Positions 1 to 8,916 of a DNA stretch of 30,504 nucleotides are shown here, piece after piece; the stretch's first letter is position 1, and each line of letters opens with the position of its first letter. The stretch covers positions 1 through 30,504 of the forward strand of contig CAMAVZ010000023.1 of NCBI GenBank assembly GCA_945861645.1, read 5' to 3'. The translations under genes and the position numbers were made by a program. This DNA comes from Opitutus sp. GAS368 (GTDB lineage Bacteria > Verrucomicrobiota > Verrucomicrobiia > Opitutales > Opitutaceae). The notes beneath the pieces are model-generated. The model saw nothing but the letters and a program-made list of their open reading frames with translations, ran no database searches and was not told the origin of the DNA.

Positions 1-114
1 CGCCTTTCGCCTAGTTGACTTTTGGGCAAACGATTACTGATTGTTCATCTATTCGGCGGGTTGCTCGTAGCGACTCGCTTAATCTCCCCGTTCATCCTCC
101 TCAAATATAACATC

Positions 115-483
115 ATGAAAAAGCTCCTCACCTCCCTCCTCACCGCCAGCTTGCTGACCCTCGGCGCCACTGCGGCCTTTGCTGAGACCGCGCCAAAATC
201 CGTGATTCATGTCGTCTCCGTCAATTGGAAGGCCGAGGCCACTCCGGAACAGATCAAGGCTGCCTTGGACGGCGTCCAAGCCCTGCCCGCTGCCAACGCG
301 GGTATTACCCATGTCTGGACCAAGGCCATCAAGGTTCAGGGTAAATGGTCAGCTGTTTTCGTAATGGAGTTCGCCGATGAGGCCGCCCTCAAGGCCTACG
401 CTGGCAGCGCCGCCCAGAAAGAGTGGTACAAGACCTACATGCCCATTCGCGGCAACAGCAACACGCACGATATCACCAACTGA
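115..483 (+). CDS. Dabb-family (stress-responsive A/B barrel) protein with signal peptide
   Basis: ATG at 115 gives MKKLLTSLLTASLLTLGATAAFA (signal peptide). The rest (VIHVVSVNWKAEATPEQIKAALDG...VFVMEFADEAALKAY) has the Dabb-domain pattern. A terminator follows. Confidence 0.8.
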   Translation: MKKLLTSLLTASLLTLGATAAFAETAPKSVIHVVSVNWKAEATPEQIKAALDGVQALPAANAGITHVWTKAIKVQGKWSAVFVMEFADEAALKAYAGSAAQKEWYKTYMPIRGNSNTHDITN

Positions 484-505
484 TACTATGCCCAGTGCTT
501 TGATC

Positions 506-532
506 AAAGGCCGCTTGCGAGCGGCCTTTTTT
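506..532 (+). terminator. Intrinsic terminator
   Basis: Stem aaaggccgct / agcggccttt with loop tgcg, running into a T-tract, shortly after the Dabb gene stop. Confidence 0.8.
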
Positions 533-833
533 GCATCTAGCCGGATCGGGCTCATGGGACCACGCTAGGCTAACCCTGGCAACCAAGCGAGCCCGCCCCA
601 GGCAAATCAGCCCAAAAAAACCCATCCCTTTACCGCCAGTCCTGATTTTACTTTCACCCCCAGCCGATTACTTTTGCCGAATGGCATTTCGTACCCTGCT
701 AAAACATGCCTCAGGCATTTTGTCCTATGCCACGATCGCGCGACTTATCCGATGTGTAAGAAAATACTCCCGCGGCGCTCTTCGCTGGTCGCCGCTCGGT
801 CGATTACTTTATTCTATTAATTCCCCCCACCAT

Positions 834-1709
834 ATGCTCACTCCGAAAATTAAATCCCTCGTCGTTATGGCCACCGCCTGGCTAGCGATTGCCTCCAGCC
901 ACGCGCAGACGCCGACGCCCAACTTGGAATTCCCGGCCGCCAGTCCAGCGGCAACGATCAAGCAACGTGTCGGCATCACCGATTTTGAAATCAATTACTC
1001 TCGGCCCAGCCTCAAGGGCCGCCAAGCCTTCGGCCAGCTGGTGCCTTTGGGTGAGATCTGGCGCACCGGTGCAAACTCCGCGACTAAGATTAAGTTTTCG
1101 ACCGCCGTTAACTTCGGTGGCGCTACGATTCCAGCTGGCCACTATGAGCTCTTCACTATTCCCGGCCTGCAGGAGTGGACCGTGATCATCCATCAAGACT
1201 CCTCGCAGTGGGGTGCCTACAAATATAATCCAGCGAACGATGTCGCCCGCGTAAAAGTTACTCCAGCCGCTCTCAGTTCCCCCGTGGAATCTCTCACGAT
1301 CGAATTCGCCGCTCTCCGCGACGAATCCGCCACGCTCAACTTAATTTGGGCGCAGACCGTCGTGCCGATTAAAATCACGGTCGATGTCGTCACCTCGCTC
1401 GTGCCCCAGATCGAAGCCGTGATGGCATCGGCGGAACCCAAAAAGCCTTACGTGAACGCGGCGATGTTCTACCTCGACCACGGTTTGGATCTCACCAAAG
1501 CCGCCGCTTGGATGGATGCAGCCATCGCCAAGCAACCATCCGCCTTCTACATGGTTTATCGTAAGGCCAAAATCCTGGCCGCCGCCGGCGACAAGGTCGG
1601 GGCGCTTGCCACCGCCCAAGCTTCCCTCGAGGCCGCCCTCAAGGCCAAAAATTCGATCGGTGAAGAATACGTCAAACTAAACCAGGACTTGATCGCCTCG
1701 CTCAAGTAA
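834..1709 (+). CDS. DUF2911 domain secreted protein with C-terminal TPR-like helices
   Basis: Signal peptide from ATG 834. Motifs SPAATIKQRVGITDFEINYSRPSLKGR and FGQLVPLGEIWRTGAN are typical of DUF2911. Helical C-terminus. Confidence 0.85.
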   Translation: MLTPKIKSLVVMATAWLAIASSHAQTPTPNLEFPAASPAATIKQRVGITDFEINYSRPSLKGRQAFGQLVPLGEIWRTGANSATKIKFSTAVNFGGATIPAGHYELFTIPGLQEWTVIIHQDSSQWGAYKYNPANDVARVKVTPAALSSPVESLTIEFAALRDESATLNLIWAQTVVPIKITVDVVTSLVPQIEAVMASAEPKKPYVNAAMFYLDHGLDLTKAAAWMDAAIAKQPSAFYMVYRKAKILAAAGDKVGALATAQASLEAALKAKNSIGEEYVKLNQDLIASLK

Positions 1710-1793
1710 CCCCAACCGCCTCTGCCTTGCTCGATAAGTGGGCCCCGATCTCAGCGTCAGGGCTCGCTTTTCATTTTAGCTCCCACCCACCTC

Positions 1794-4346
1794 GTGAACT
1801 CCCGCCGTCTTCCGTTCCTGCCTGCACTCGCATTCGCTTTCGCCTGCATCGCTGGTGGCGCGGTCGCCGCCGATTCTCGCCCGGCGCAAACGCCGAGCAG
1901 CCGACTCGTGACCCCGATCCTGCAAGAGCTGCGCGCCTTCCGCGAACTGGGATCGGTCCTCTATGTAGCCGCGCATCCCGATGACGAAAACACCCAGCTC
2001 ATCACTTATCTAGCACGGGGTCGCGGCTACCGCACGGGCTACCTCTCCCTGACGCGCGGTGACGGCGGTCAAAACGAGAGCGGTCCCGAATTCGGTGAGA
2101 AACTCGGCCTCGCGCGTACGTGGGAACTTCTCGCCGCTCGCCAACTCGACGGCGGCCACCAATTTTTTACGCGGGCCCTCGATTTCGGCTATTCCAAAGA
2201 CGTCAACGAAACCCTGCGCATCTGGGACCGCCAACAAGTGTTGGCGGATGTCGTGCGCGTTATGCGCGAATTCCGGCCCGACGTCGTCATCACCCGATTT
2301 TCGCCCACCCCCAGCAGCACCCATGGTCACCACACCGCCTCGAGCGTGCTGGCCCTCGAGGCGTTCAAGCTGGCCGGCGATCCGACCGCCTTCCCCGAGC
2401 AACTCTCCCCTTCAACCGGCGGCCTCACTCCATGGCAGCCCAAACGCATTCTACACAACAACACCCCCTATAACTCCCAGCTGAATGCCAACTCTCCTCT
2501 CTATGCGACCGCCCTCAAGCTCGAAGTCGCGGGCACCGATCCCGGGTCCGGCGAAGCCTTTGGCGCCATCGCCAATCGGAGCCGCGCCATGCACATCACC
2601 CAAGGCTTCGGCAGCTTGGCCGCGGCTCAGGTCAGGAGCTCACGCCTCGAAACCTTTGAGTTGCTAGCGGGCGAGCGGGCCGCGACCGATCTCCTCGACG
2701 GCGTCGATGTCAGCTGGAGCCGTTACCCCGGTGGCGCGACCGTGGGCACGCTTATCGACACCACGATCGCTGATTTTAATCCGGCCGATCCAACGGCGAG
2801 CGTCGCGGCATTGCTGAGCCTACGCGAACGCCTGGCGGCTTGGCCGGCTGACCCCGTCCTCACCGCCAAACGCACGCAGCTCGACCATTTTTTACAAGCG
2901 TGCCTCGGCCTCGCCATCGAAACCATCAGTCCCCAAGCCGAGGTCACTCCGGGCGAAATCCTCGCGCTGGCCCACCGCGCCACGCTGCGCTCCGGGGGAG
3001 CTACCGTGCGCTGGGTCTCGATTCGTTACCCCTCGCTCAACACGGAGCTCGCGGTTGGCACCACGCTTTCCGTTGGCGCAACGCTGACCCGTGAAGCCCA
3101 GCCCACCCTACCGAAATCAACCCCACCGAGTCAGCCGTATTGGCTGCGCGCGGAGGGCACCGCCGGCATGAGCGTAGTCGACGACGCTGAGCTCATCGGG
3201 CGCCCGGTTAACCCACCGGCCTTCCCCGTCGAATTTGTTTTTGAAATTGCTGGCCAGACCTTGAGCGTGAGCGACGAGCCGATCCAAATCGTTGCTCCCG
3301 CTTCCGCCGCGCAAGCCCGCCGGCCCCTCGTGGTCGTCGCCCCCGTCGCGCTCGCGTTTGCCGACCAGGTGGCGCTGTTGGCCCCCCACTCCCGCCAGCC
3401 TACGGTGATCGAGGTCACCGCCGCCCGCGCGAACACCAGCGGGACGTTGCGGCTGGAATGTCCCTCCGGCTGGCAAGCCGCGCCGGCCACCCACTCGTTC
3501 CACCTCAAAAACGCGGGGGATAAAATCCAACTCACCTTCACCCTCACAGCGCCAGCGCACCCCGCTACCGCGAGTGTCCGGGCGGTCGCTAATCTGGATG
3601 GTGAGAGCTACGACCATCAGCGGATCGCCATCCGCTATCCGCATCTCCCCGTGCTCCTGCTGCAACCCACCGCCCGCCTCCAAGTCGTCGCGCTCGATCT
3701 CGCCATTCGTGGCCGCAAAGTAGGCTACCTGCCGGGCGCCGGCGACAACACCAGCGCGGCTCTGCAGCAAATGGGCTACGCCGTAACTCTGTTAACGGGC
3801 GCTGATCTTACGCCGGAAAAATTGCACGATCTCGACGCCGTCGTGATCGGCGTGCGGGCCTTCAATGAACGCACCGATCTGGCGGCGCACCTCAGCGGAC
3901 TCTTCGCGTACAGCGCAGCGGGTGGCACCGTGATCGCACAATACAACCGCCCCAATGGTCTAAAGACACCGACCCTCGCGCCCTATGCACTCTCGATCAA
4001 GGGTGATGCGCCGAGCTTTCGCGTGACGGATGAGAATGCCGTCGTGACCTTCCTCGCACCCAATCACCCCGCGTTAACCACGCCCAACCGCCTTGGTCCG
4101 GCCGATTTTACCGGCTGGGTCCAAGAACGGGGCGCCTATTTCCCCAGCACTTGGGATGAGGCAAAATTTACGCCCTTATTCGCCATGCACGATCCGGGTG
4201 CAGCCCCTCTCACCAGCAGCGTACTCGTCGCTCCCTACGGCCAGGGCTATTTTGTTTACACGTCGCTGGCCTTTTTCCGCCAACTCCCCGCCGGCGTGCC
4301 CGGCGCGTATCGTCTCTTCGCCAATCTGGTCTCACTCAAGCAATGA
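1794..4346 (+). CDS. Large secreted PIG-L/LmbE-family deacetylase (850 aa) with C-terminal beta and glutamine-amidotransferase-like domains
   Basis: GTG start and signal peptide. PIG-L metal-site motifs AHPDDE, LTRGDGGQN, DFGYSK and HGHH. C-terminal VGYLPGAGD...GWVQERG region as in large LmbE-like proteins. Confidence 0.88.
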   Translation: MNSRRLPFLPALAFAFACIAGGAVAADSRPAQTPSSRLVTPILQELRAFRELGSVLYVAAHPDDENTQLITYLARGRGYRTGYLSLTRGDGGQNESGPEFGEKLGLARTWELLAARQLDGGHQFFTRALDFGYSKDVNETLRIWDRQQVLADVVRVMREFRPDVVITRFSPTPSSTHGHHTASSVLALEAFKLAGDPTAFPEQLSPSTGGLTPWQPKRILHNNTPYNSQLNANSPLYATALKLEVAGTDPGSGEAFGAIANRSRAMHITQGFGSLAAAQVRSSRLETFELLAGERAATDLLDGVDVSWSRYPGGATVGTLIDTTIADFNPADPTASVAALLSLRERLAAWPADPVLTAKRTQLDHFLQACLGLAIETISPQAEVTPGEILALAHRATLRSGGATVRWVSIRYPSLNTELAVGTTLSVGATLTREAQPTLPKSTPPSQPYWLRAEGTAGMSVVDDAELIGRPVNPPAFPVEFVFEIAGQTLSVSDEPIQIVAPASAAQARRPLVVVAPVALAFADQVALLAPHSRQPTVIEVTAARANTSGTLRLECPSGWQAAPATHSFHLKNAGDKIQLTFTLTAPAHPATASVRAVANLDGESYDHQRIAIRYPHLPVLLLQPTARLQVVALDLAIRGRKVGYLPGAGDNTSAALQQMGYAVTLLTGADLTPEKLHDLDAVVIGVRAFNERTDLAAHLSGLFAYSAAGGTVIAQYNRPNGLKTPTLAPYALSIKGDAPSFRVTDENAVVTFLAPNHPALTTPNRLGPADFTGWVQERGAYFPSTWDEAKFTPLFAMHDPGAAPLTSSVLVAPYGQGYFVYTSLAFFRQLPAGVPGAYRLFANLVSLKQ

Positions 4347-4510
4347 TCCTTCCGCCCCCGACCAATTCCGGCCGCGAGGAAAAAACTGCGCCTGACTCCG
4401 CGCCCGGCGTCCCGGGATTTAGCACGTGGCGGGGGGTCTATATTTTCGTGTTCGTAAGTTTTATTTTTGTGGTGGCGGCCCTCGCGTGGTTTGCCCGCTT
4501 TTTCGCATGA
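4343..4510 (+). CDS. Small single-pass membrane protein (55 aa), probable symporter-associated subunit
   Basis: Manual translation: MILPPPTNSGREEKTAPDSAPGVPGFSTWRGVYIFVFVSFIFVVAALAWFARFFA*. ATGA overlaps with both the LmbE stop (4343-4346) and the symporter start (4507-4510). Confidence 0.75.
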   Translation: MILPPPTNSGREEKTAPDSAPGVPGFSTWRGVYIFVFVSFIFVVAALAWFARFFA

Positions 4511-6213
4511 ACTCGCTCGATTGGCTCGTGCTGCTCGTCACGATCATCGGCATCGCCGCCTACGGGACTTGGCGCACGCGTCACACCGATCACCTCGATA
4601 CTTATTTAATGGGGGATCGCTCCACGCGGTGGGGCACGATCGGGATTTCTGTCATGGCCACCCAGGCCAGTGCGATCACCTTTCTATCTATCCCCGGCCA
4701 AGGCTTTGAAAACGGGTTGGGCTTCGTGCAAAACTATTTTGGTCTGCCGCTCGCGCTCATCATCATCTGCGTGGTCTTCCTGCCGATCTATCGCCGCTTG
4801 GGCGTCTATACGGCCTACGAATATTTAGGCCAACGCTTTGACCAAAAAACCCGCTTGCTCGGCGCTGGCTTGTTTCTGCTGCAACGCGGTCTCGCCGCGG
4901 GCGTCACTATTTACGCCCCGGCCATCATTCTCGCGAGCGTGCTGGGCTGGCGACTTGATCTCACCATCATCAGCACGGGCCTCGTGGTCATCGTGTACAC
5001 GGTCACGGGCGGCAGCGCCGCCGTGAGCCTGACCCAAAAATGGCAGATGGGGGTTATTTTCGCGGGTATGTTTACCGCATTTTTTATTCTGCTGGCGCGC
5101 CTGCCCACCGGCCTGGGCTTCAGCGAAGCGGCCCACGTGGCCGGGGCCCTCGGTAAATTAACCGCCGTCGATTTTTCCTTCGATCCGACCAAACGCTACA
5201 CGTTCTGGACCGGAATTTTCGGCGGGCTCTTTCTTTCGCTTTCCTATTTCGGCACGGATCAATCGCAGGTTTCCCGCTATATTGGCGGGGCCTCGTTGCG
5301 CGATAGCCGACTCGGCCTGATGTTCAATGCGCTCCTCAAAATCCCGATGCAATTTGGCATCTTGCTGCTCGGCGTACTGGTTTTTGTTTTTTATCAATTT
5401 CAACCCGCGCCGCTGTTCTACAACCGCGTCGAGTGGTCGCACGCGACCGCCGGCCCCACGGGCGATCCGTTGCGCGCCCTCGAGGCTAAGCATGCCGCGC
5501 TCCACGTGGCCAAGCAGGCGACAATCCACACCTGGCTCGCGGCCCGCACCGCAAATAATGCGGCCCTTGAACTCACTGCCCGGACGGCCATGGTTACGGC
5601 CAACGCCGCCACCGAAGCCGTGCGCCAAGAGGCCAAAGCCGCCTTGCTCGCCGCCAACTCGCGAGCGCAGACCAAGGACTCCGATTATGTGTTCATCGGC
5701 TTCATTCTCGAACAACTCCCCCACGGCGTAATCGGTCTGCTGATTGCGGTCATGATCGCCGCCGCGCTGGGCTCGAAGGCGAGCGAACTCAATGCGCTCG
5801 CCACCACATCCACCATCGATCTGTGGCGTCATTTCCGCCCGCTCGCCGCCCACGACGAAGCGCGCAACGTGCGCGTCGCTAAATGGTTCACGGCCGTCTG
5901 GGGCGTCATCGCCATTAGCTTCGCCCTCTTCGCGGGCTTCTCCGAAAACCTCATCGAGGCCATTAATATCATCGGCTCCATTTTTTATGGCGTCGTGCTC
6001 GGCTTGTTTCTCGTCGCCTTTTTCTTGCCGCGCGTCGGCGGCACGAGCGTTTTCTGGGCCGCCTTGGCCGCGCAGACCTTGGTCATCGTGCTTTATAACA
6101 CGCTCTCAATTTCCTACCTTTGGTATAATCTCATCGGCTGCGCCGCCTGCATGCTTTTCAGTCTCGGCTTAGAATTTCTGCGCCCCACCCCAACCGGCGC
6201 CGCTCGCCCATGA
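4507..6213 (+). CDS. Sodium:solute symporter (SSS family)
   Basis: Many TM segments and SSS motifs (ATQASAITFLSIPG, TAYEYLGQRFD, YFGTDQSQVSRY). Start taken at MNSLDW (4507). Confidence 0.92.
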   Translation: MNSLDWLVLLVTIIGIAAYGTWRTRHTDHLDTYLMGDRSTRWGTIGISVMATQASAITFLSIPGQGFENGLGFVQNYFGLPLALIIICVVFLPIYRRLGVYTAYEYLGQRFDQKTRLLGAGLFLLQRGLAAGVTIYAPAIILASVLGWRLDLTIISTGLVVIVYTVTGGSAAVSLTQKWQMGVIFAGMFTAFFILLARLPTGLGFSEAAHVAGALGKLTAVDFSFDPTKRYTFWTGIFGGLFLSLSYFGTDQSQVSRYIGGASLRDSRLGLMFNALLKIPMQFGILLLGVLVFVFYQFQPAPLFYNRVEWSHATAGPTGDPLRALEAKHAALHVAKQATIHTWLAARTANNAALELTARTAMVTANAATEAVRQEAKAALLAANSRAQTKDSDYVFIGFILEQLPHGVIGLLIAVMIAAALGSKASELNALATTSTIDLWRHFRPLAAHDEARNVRVAKWFTAVWGVIAISFALFAGFSENLIEAINIIGSIFYGVVLGLFLVAFFLPRVGGTSVFWAALAAQTLVIVLYNTLSISYLWYNLIGCAACMLFSLGLEFLRPTPTGAARP

Positions 6214-6983
6214 ACGCCGCTCCCCTCATCTGCTTTGGCCAGCAACCCTGCGGATTTTTCCCGCGCCGCTTTCTCTTTGCCAAGTTCGCCACCGCCCGGC
6301 GACTCCAAGCGGAGATCGGGGGCGAGATGGTGTTCTTCTACCATGACAGCGACCACGATCCGCACGAAACCCAGACGACGCTCCGCCATCGCAAGACAAA
6401 CGCGCCGCTGACATTCAATTTCACGTTTCAAAATAAACTTCAGCGCAAGTTCACCCCGCTGTACGCGAAAAAAATTCCGCCCGGCTGGCGCGACCAAACC
6501 GCCCGCCAATTGCCCGCCTACGTCGCGGCCCGCTGGGTGAGCGCGTTCCAAGGCATCGAGGCAGACACCGTCGCTGATTTCTGCCTGCACATGTACCGCG
6601 CCATGGGCTTGCTGGAGGGGATTCGCGTCGTGCGCTCCAGCGATCCTGCCTTCCGCCAAGCCGCCCAGCCGATCGATGATTATTTTGTGGATGTCCGCTA
6701 TGAGGGTGAACTGGTCCGCGCCCGCCGTTCCCCCACCGGCACCCTGCAACTGCACGAGGGGGGCTCCGCTTACCTGACTTTGCCCGCGGCTGCTTTCACG
6801 CCGGCGCAGATTAGTCCGTCCCGGGACAGTCGCCTCCGCTGGATGCAATCCGTGCTGCACTGCACCCATTATATTGCCGGGGCCGGCGAACAGGCTTACC
6901 TTAAGCTCGCGGATGCCCCTGAAATTACTTTTCTCACCCGTGACCCCATTGACCGCTCTGACGAAGCTTACACCGATGTCTGA
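6210..6983 (+). CDS. bshC: Short BshC-like protein (putative bacillithiol cysteine-adding enzyme, 257 aa)
   Basis: GQQP...AK..A.RL...G..VFF...SDHD.HE and SP...R.WMQ.....YIAGAGEQAY resemble the BshC motifs GQQ, EDHD and AGPGE..Y. Lies directly upstream of bshB1-bshA. Confidence 0.65.
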   Translation: MNAAPLICFGQQPCGFFPRRFLFAKFATARRLQAEIGGEMVFFYHDSDHDPHETQTTLRHRKTNAPLTFNFTFQNKLQRKFTPLYAKKIPPGWRDQTARQLPAYVAARWVSAFQGIEADTVADFCLHMYRAMGLLEGIRVVRSSDPAFRQAAQPIDDYFVDVRYEGELVRARRSPTGTLQLHEGGSAYLTLPAAAFTPAQISPSRDSRLRWMQSVLHCTHYIAGAGEQAYLKLADAPEITFLTRDPIDRSDEAYTDV

Positions 6984-7692
6984 ACTCACTCCCCTCCTCG
7001 CCTTTGGCGCCCACCCCGACGATCTCGAATTCGGCGTGGGTGGCATTATCGCTCAAGCCACTGCGGCTGGTCGGCCCGTGCACTGCGTCATCTGCTCGCG
7101 CGGCGAAGCGAGCACCCACGGCACCCCCGCAGAACGCACCGCCGAGGCGGCGCAGGCCGCGGCGCTGCTAGGCGCAACGCACGAATTCATCGAACTCGCC
7201 GGCGATGCCCACCTTGAAATCACCACGCCTCACGCGATCACCCTCGCAACGCTGATTCGGCGCCACCGCCCAGGAATCGTGCTCGCCCCCAGCCTCGGGG
7301 AAAATCAACACCCCGATCACGCCCGCCTCGGTCGCCTCGTGCGCGACGCCACGCGCCTCGCTCGCTACGGTGGACTGGCCGAACTCCAAGCGCTCCCCGT
7401 GCACGCCTGCGCCGCGCTGTTGTATTACGCCCTCTCGACCGACGCCGAGCCCAAGGATATTACGCCCATCCTGATTGATGTTTCCGCCCCCGCGGTGCTC
7501 ACCGCTTGGACCGCGGCGATGGCGGCACACGTCAGCCAGCACCAAACCCGTGACTACTCGCGCCTGCAACTCGCCCGCGCCACCGTGAACGGAGCCCGCG
7601 GAGGTTGCGCTGCCGCCATCGCGCTGTACCCCAATGATCCCCTGGTCTTCGCCTCCTTGGGGCCGATCACCCGCGCCGCGCGTCACTTCTGA
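6976..7692 (+). CDS. bshB1: N-acetylglucosaminyl-L-malate deacetylase BshB1 (PIG-L family)
   Basis: Motifs LAFGAHPDDLE, SRGEASTHGTPAERTAEA and HPDH. ATG 6976 overlaps the upstream stop, and the gene is adjacent to bshA. Confidence 0.82.
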   Translation: MSELTPLLAFGAHPDDLEFGVGGIIAQATAAGRPVHCVICSRGEASTHGTPAERTAEAAQAAALLGATHEFIELAGDAHLEITTPHAITLATLIRRHRPGIVLAPSLGENQHPDHARLGRLVRDATRLARYGGLAELQALPVHACAALLYYALSTDAEPKDITPILIDVSAPAVLTAWTAAMAAHVSQHQTRDYSRLQLARATVNGARGGCAAAIALYPNDPLVFASLGPITRAARHF

Positions 7693-7697
7693 AATCC

Positions 7698-8855
7698 ATG
7701 CCGCCCCATCGTCCGCTGAAGATCGGCATTACCTGCTACCCGAGCGTCGGGGGTAGCGGCATCCTTGCGACCACGTTGGGGGAGGAACTCGCCGCGCGCG
7801 GTCACGAAATCCACTTCATCAGTTACGAGCGGCCCTTTCGTCTGCCCCACAATGTGCCACGCCTGCATTTCCACGCCGTGGAAATCAATCGCTACGAGCT
7901 CTTCAAATACCCCGACTACACGCTGCCGCTTTCGGTCAAGCTCGCCGAGACTTCCCGCGATTACGGGCTCGATCTCATTCACGCCCACTACGCCGTCCCT
8001 CACGCCACCGCCGCTCTTCTCGCGCGCGACATGCTCCCGCCCGATCGCGCGCCGAAAGTCATCACCACGCTGCACGGCACCGACACCACCTTACTCGGCA
8101 AGGATCCCGGCTACGGCCCCGCGATCCGTCACGCCTTGGAAGCCGCCGATGGCATCACGGCGGTCTCAGAATTTTTGCGGGCGGAAACCCAGCGCGTCAT
8201 GGGAGTCCAACGGCCCATCGAAGTCATCCATAACTTCTTCACCCCGCGCCGCCCCGCGCGCAGTCGCGCGGCGGTCCGCCAAGAGCTCGGCGTGGCCGAA
8301 CATGAAGTGCTTCTGTTTCATTCCTCCAATCTGCGCCCACTCAAACGCATCGATGTTCTCTTAGCCGCCTTCGCTCGCGTGCAAGAGCGCGCTCCCTGCA
8401 AGCTGCTCATTTTGGCGGGCGCTGACTTTCATCCATTCGCCGCGGACGTCGCCCGACTCGGCCTCAGCGACCGCGTGATCGTGCGCGAAAATATTAGCGC
8501 CATCGAGGACTACATCCAAGCCACCGACCTCGGGTTCTTTACTTCTGAGAGCGAAAGTTTTTGCCTCAGCATTCTCGAGGCCATGGCGTTTAAGTGCCCA
8601 TGTGTGGCCACCCGCGTCGGGGGCATACCCGAAGTTAATATCGATGGCTCAACCGGCATTCTCGTCCCGCTGGGCGACACCGCCGGACTGGTCGAGGCCC
8701 TCGTCACGCTCGTCTTGGATCCCGTTCTCCGCGCTCGGCTCGGATCCGCCGCCCAGCAGCGCGCCGCGCAGGTTTTCTCCGCTGAAGTTATCGTGGAGCG
8801 CTATCTGAAATTTTATTACCAAGTCTGCGCCGAAGCCTCGCGTCCTTCCCGCTGA
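7698..8855 (+). CDS. bshA: N-acetyl-alpha-D-glucosaminyl L-malate synthase BshA (GT4)
   Basis: Signature motifs KIGITCYPSVGGSG, HFISYERPFRL, YPDYTLPL, HAHYAVPHA, ITTLHGTD, SNLRPLKR and ESFCLSILEAM. Confidence 0.92.
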   Translation: MPPHRPLKIGITCYPSVGGSGILATTLGEELAARGHEIHFISYERPFRLPHNVPRLHFHAVEINRYELFKYPDYTLPLSVKLAETSRDYGLDLIHAHYAVPHATAALLARDMLPPDRAPKVITTLHGTDTTLLGKDPGYGPAIRHALEAADGITAVSEFLRAETQRVMGVQRPIEVIHNFFTPRRPARSRAAVRQELGVAEHEVLLFHSSNLRPLKRIDVLLAAFARVQERAPCKLLILAGADFHPFAADVARLGLSDRVIVRENISAIEDYIQATDLGFFTSESESFCLSILEAMAFKCPCVATRVGGIPEVNIDGSTGILVPLGDTAGLVEALVTLVLDPVLRARLGSAAQQRAAQVFSAEVIVERYLKFYYQVCAEASRPSR

Positions 8856-8916
8856 GCGCAGCGTCCGCCTACCGGAACGACCATTCCTCTGCGCAAAATT
8901 TCTATTTTTCACCGCC

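Noticed and set aside
15-43. Sigma70 promoter for the Dabb gene (ttgact at 15-20)
   Set aside because: No acceptable -10 hexamer at canonical spacing.
531-833. Upstream extensions given by the ORF track (starts at 22, 531, 4426, 6874, 21405, 22757, 24661, 28298, 28964)
   Set aside because: Downstream ATGs give proper signal peptides, domain starts or stop/start overlaps. The extensions overlap terminators, other genes or repeats.
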